From: a virus
Taxonomy: Duplodnaviria > Caudoviricetes
DNA length: 60,277 nt
IMG/VR virus record: IMGVR_UViG_3300025128_008224
Location: 1 to 60,277 of that record
Direction: 5' to 3' (one strand)
In this document: in pieces, positions 57,643 to 60,277 of the stretch
How positions within the stretch are numbered: the first letter of the stretch is position 1
Layout: every line of letters starts with the position of its first letter
Notes under the pieces: model-generated
What the model was told of the DNA's origin: nothing
Database searches by the model: none
What the model saw: the letters and a program-made list of their open reading frames with translations, nothing else
Position numbers and translations under genes: made by a program

Positions 57643-58860
57643 CTAGGATTCAAGTGACCAATCTCCCTGAGAGTTTGTGATCATCCAGAACCCAGACCCG
57701 GACCCAACGATGGTGATAAAGTGTCCAATGTCCGAACTTGTTCCAAGAATTAAGTCTTTGTCTACTCTCCCCACACCATTGCTCCCCAGAACTACCGTGC
57801 TTCCATCTTTGTCAAGCAGATTGCCCATGAACTTTTCGCCGGATGCTGGGTTAATTTGGAACCCCTGACCGGGTGTCCCTGCATACCAGAACGTATACGT
57901 TATGCCTGGTGCAGTGGAGGGCAGATTCACAACATGGTTAGATGGAGTAGCATTACCGGACTGGGGGATTAATATACCTGACTGTGATGTTGTAAGGGTT
58001 GCCCCGTTTGAAAGCGCGCTCCCGACGTACTGCTTGTGCCCGAGCATTCCGGTTGCCATGAGGCCTCCAGATGGGGTGATGGTCAGATAACCATTGTCAT
58101 CAACAGCAAAGGTCGCGGCGTCGGATCCGTTGTAGGACAATTTTAATTGGGTTCCGGCATTAAATACCTCCAATTGCGTATCCGGATCGCCAACGCCGAT
58201 TCCAACGTTGCCGTCCTGCTCTATGACCATCCTTATATCACTATTGGTTTTGAATGTGAGGTTGTCGTTAGTATAATTATTGTATGCAATCCACTTTCTT
58301 GTGCCGTTCTCGTAAAGTTCAAGACCGGGGTGGCTGTCCACGTCGCCGTCAATTTTAATTCTGGGGTCATTTCCAACAAGCTTGATATCGCCATCAACAT
58401 GTAGCTCTACATCGGGAGATCCTACGCCGTTGATCCCCACCCTGCCTGTGGATGCGTCTACCTTAAATGCGGGGTTGCCTTCGTTGGAACCGTTACCCTT
58501 AACAATAAAGTCAATATTGTTCGAACCATCGTTAAAAGTAAGCTCATGTGGAGCGGAGTTTTTTTTGTCTAAGTTAATGAATGATAGGTTGCCTGCCTTT
58601 AAAGTTACCGCATTGTCTCCGAACCTCATCCACGTATCGGCATCACCGTTGTGATAGATGTATTGATCGACCCCTATGTCTCCGGCTACGTCGAGAGTAT
58701 AATCTGGGCTCGTGGTGCCAATGCCCACCTTGTTTTGGTCTGCATCAACAAACAAGGTGTTGCTATCTAGATTGACGTCATCATCGCCGCTGCCTAAATC
58801 AATACTCCCGTCCACGTTTAGCGAACCCGTGATGCTAGCATTGCTTCCATATTCAGACAT
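57643..58860 (-). CDS. Fibre/spike-like protein with VGIG beta-repeats
   Basis: Three repeats KVGIGTTSPDYTLDVAG / RVGINGVGSPDVELHVDG / NVGIGVGDPDTQLEV, typical of trimeric phage fibres. GGAG lies 10 nt before the ATG at 58860. Confidence 0.7.
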   Translation of the reverse strand: MSEYGSNASITGSLNVDGSIDLGSGDDDVNLDSNTLFVDADQNKVGIGTTSPDYTLDVAGDIGVDQYIYHNGDADTWMRFGDNAVTLKAGNLSFINLDKKNSAPHELTFNDGSNNIDFIVKGNGSNEGNPAFKVDASTGRVGINGVGSPDVELHVDGDIKLVGNDPRIKIDGDVDSHPGLELYENGTRKWIAYNNYTNDNLTFKTNSDIRMVIEQDGNVGIGVGDPDTQLEVFNAGTQLKLSYNGSDAATFAVDDNGYLTITPSGGLMATGMLGHKQYVGSALSNGATLTTSQSGILIPQSGNATPSNHVVNLPSTAPGITYTFWYAGTPGQGFQINPASGEKFMGNLLDKDGSTVVLGSNGVGRVDKDLILGTSSDIGHFITIVGSGSGFWMITNSQGDWSLES

Positions 58861-58930
58861 TATTACCATTCTCCGCGGGGAAAGAATATTCTTTCATATA
58901 CTCTCGCCAATTTTCAAGTAGGAGTTTCAT
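58853..58930 (-). CDS. 25-aa leader-only micro-ORF MKLLLENWREYMKEYSFPAENGNNV (possibly a remnant)
   Basis: Its ATG overlaps the TGA of 58927..59298 and its end overlaps the fibre start. The first 14 residues are identical to the upstream gene. Confidence 0.45.
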   Translation of the reverse strand: MKLLLENWREYMKEYSFPAENGNNV

Positions 58931-59300
58931 ATTAATTCTTGTGCCTTTTCTTCTGCATACTCAAATTCCTCATCGCTGTATGTGCCAAATACCTTTTCTA
59001 CTTCTTCTGGAGATGTTTCACGATAGGTGTTGCTTTCACCACTTATATTGTCAAGCACGTTTTCCAATGGCATCCTGCCGCGGCAGTCAATCGCTTCTTT
59101 TGTTTGAGAATCATAAGCAAAAACATGATGCATGTCTCCTCGTTCATCAACGATGCCATACATGGGAAAATCAGAAATTCCACTAATGGCTTGTGCTAGC
59201 AACGAGCAGTCGCGCCTCATAAAATTAATATATTCGGAGGGATGGTGTTCCTCTTCCTCTTTCATATACTCTCGCCAATTTTCAAGTAGGAGTTTCATAT
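58890..59300. repeat. Exact 43-bp direct repeat (58890-58932 and 59258-59300)
   Basis: Both copies read tctttcatatactctcgccaattttcaagtaggagtttcatat on the plus strand. A 26-bp one-mismatch copy is at 57596-57621 and a more diverged copy ends at 55948. Confidence 0.95.
58927..59298 (-). CDS. MKL-leader protein with putative Cys-His-Asp (papain/transglutaminase-like) domain, 123 aa
   Basis: True start MKLLLENWREYMKE at 59298; the track extension to 59442 runs into the tmRNA. Motifs DCSLLAQA, HHVFAY, IDCRG. Confidence 0.6.
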   Translation of the reverse strand: MKLLLENWREYMKEEEEHHPSEYINFMRRDCSLLAQAISGISDFPMYGIVDERGDMHHVFAYDSQTKEAIDCRGRMPLENVLDNISGESNTYRETSPEEVEKVFGTYSDEEFEYAEEKAQELI

Positions 59301-59337
59301 ATGGTAAGTAGTCTAAAAGAAAGGATAAGAAAAAAAA

Positions 59338-59683
59338 TGGTGGAGGCGTCGGGAGTCGAACCCGAGTCCTAAATGCTTCCAAAAATTCGTCATTCACAAG
59401 GTTAGGTTGTTGTATATTGAAATCTGGCCACAACCAGTCCAAATTCCTGGCTAGTACTTATAGCACTAGGCCCAGCCACCACTCACCTTATTAAGGTAGT
59501 GAGAAACCTAAAAATGCCATTTTGGTTAACAAGGGATGGCTCCCCCGGATTACGCAGCTAGTGCGTATTCAGAAAAAGTGTCAGTATTGGCACTTATCAA
59601 GTTCAGCGTTTTTACAGAGACCGTCGCTGCCCTCTGCCCTGCACGAATAATCTTCGACACCCAGTCGATACCAATTCGCCCCC
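59338..59683 (-). ncRNA. ssrA: tmRNA (one-piece), tag peptide ANTDTFSEYALAA
   Basis: 5' GGGGGCG pairs with 3' CGCCTCC-A-CCA (G3-U alanine identity); T-arm CTCGGG-TTCGACT-CCCGA; resume codon GCC after ATAAGT; tag ORF at 59550-59591 ends YALAA-stop. Confidence 0.97.
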
Positions 59684-59711
59684 ATATTTTAAAAGATCAA
59701 AAGAAAATGAA

Positions 59712-59864
59712 GGCAGGGGTTGGACGAGTTTCTCGATCATCGTCATACTAGCCTCTCTTCCACTGCTTACGTAGTAAGCCCTTCGTTAGAGGCATAGAAG
59801 GTTTCGCGCAACTCTTATTGGCTACACTTCCTGGCCGTTGTTAAATATCTTTGCAACCCCTGCC
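59712..59864 (-). ncRNA. Candidate structured non-coding RNA of unknown class (~153 nt)
   Basis: Perfect 11-bp closing stem GGCAGGGGTTG/CAACCCCTGCC. Inner helices GCCTCT/AGAGGC, GCTTAC/GTAAGC and GACGA/TCGTC. Lies between a strong promoter and the tmRNA. Confidence 0.5.
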
Positions 59865-59934
59865 ATTGTTATGTATTAAATCTGTCACGAATACATAGGA
59901 TGCCTCCGTTGTTAATTTTACCTCACTTAATATA

Positions 59935-59963
59935 ACTATATCGCTGCAGCTTCAAAATGTCAA
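59935..59963 (-). promoter_or_regulatory. Sigma70-type promoter driving the structured element and tmRNA
   Basis: TTGACA (59958-59963), 17-bp spacer, TATAGT (59935-59940). Confidence 0.85.
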
Positions 59964-60277
59964 GTTTTATCTTCGAAATAAGTGTCGGTGCCGTATTTTT
60001 TTTCTAATGCATGTAATCTAGGCCGGTCAAGACCTAAAAACCTGGCAGCTTCACCTTTTGTTCTGGTTATGGAAAGGGCTGTTTTGAGAAGAGCCTCTTT
60101 AACAATATTGTTGATTCCTTTCCACAGAGGAAATCCATATAGCTTATTGTTAATGGACTTGGCGGCTAACTCTAATTTAAGCGCAATTATCTCCTCTAGG
60201 GAAAGTGAGTTAAGAAGAACTTCAAATTCTTCTGTAATATCTTTATCATTTCTTAATTTTTTTGATATACTGTAGTT
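59960..60277 (-). CDS. Fis-like helix-turn-helix protein, 5' end outside the window
   Basis: Open frame from the right edge: ...IVKEALLKTALSITRTKGEAARFLGLDRPRLHALEKKYG...DKT-stop, resembling the Fis/NtrC HTH. Not in the ORF track. Confidence 0.7.
   Translation of the reverse strand, partial: NYSISKKLRNDKDITEEFEVLLNSLSLEEIIALKLELAAKSINNKLYGFPLWKGINNIVKEALLKTALSITRTKGEAARFLGLDRPRLHALEKKYGTDTYFEDKT

Noticed and set aside
59258-59345. Prophage or island attachment site at the tmRNA 3' end
   Set aside because: The 43-bp repeat duplicates the leader sequence rather than the tmRNA end, and no integrase is present.
59299-59442. 48-aa N-terminal extension of the 58927..59442 ORF
   Set aside because: It overlaps the tmRNA 3' end. 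The leader-family ATG at 59298 is the better start.
59712-59867. 14-aa ORF MAGVAKIFNNGQEV, or a firm 6S/SRP/RNase P label for the structured element
   Set aside because: The ORF has no RBS and starts at the edge of the stem. The helix layout is asymmetric and lacks the conserved motifs of those RNAs.

Overview
This 60-kb window looks like part of a large, T4-like/jumbo contractile-tailed bacteriophage genome. Almost all genes are on the minus strand, tightly packed, and read in the standard bacterial code. From left to right: (1) 1-23950, a tail/baseplate module with a >2300-aa LamG-containing protein that runs off the left edge and is missing from the ORF track, a DNRLRE-like protein, T4 gp6-like and gp25-like wedge subunits, a 2925-aa unknown protein, a His-tipped spike-like protein and a gp5-like protein ending in an M15 peptidase. 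(2) 23951-25755, a gp55-like late sigma factor, an FmdB zinc ribbon and small ORFs. (3) 25742-44890, a 19-kb, 20-gene sugar-nucleotide and glycosyltransferase cluster (gmd, fcl, DegT aminotransferase, two B12 radical SAM enzymes, NeuA/NeuB, Maf-like transferase, RmlB, RfbH, split transketolase, five further GTs). (4) 44884-54582, a PD-(D/E)XK nuclease, HEXXH protein, PIN-PhoH, three lipoprotein-like genes (one trypsin-like, one with an AgmX/PglI-type domain), tRNA-Ile(TAT), tRNA-Leu(TAA), tRNA-Arg(TCT), a tubulin/FtsZ homologue, YkuK RNase H-like protein, ClpP and a cytidylyltransferase. (5) 54593-59298, an array of unrelated proteins sharing an N-terminal MKL(L/I)LENW leader, with an exact 43-bp direct repeat around one gene. 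(6) 59338-60277, a tmRNA, an unexplained ~153-nt structured element, a consensus sigma70 promoter and a partial Fis-like HTH gene. The best candidates for new biology are the leader-tagged cargo array, the glycosylation cluster (including a possible KDN-type, radical-SAM-modified branch) and the structured RNA beside tmRNA. All functional calls come from motif recognition by eye; no database searches were run.
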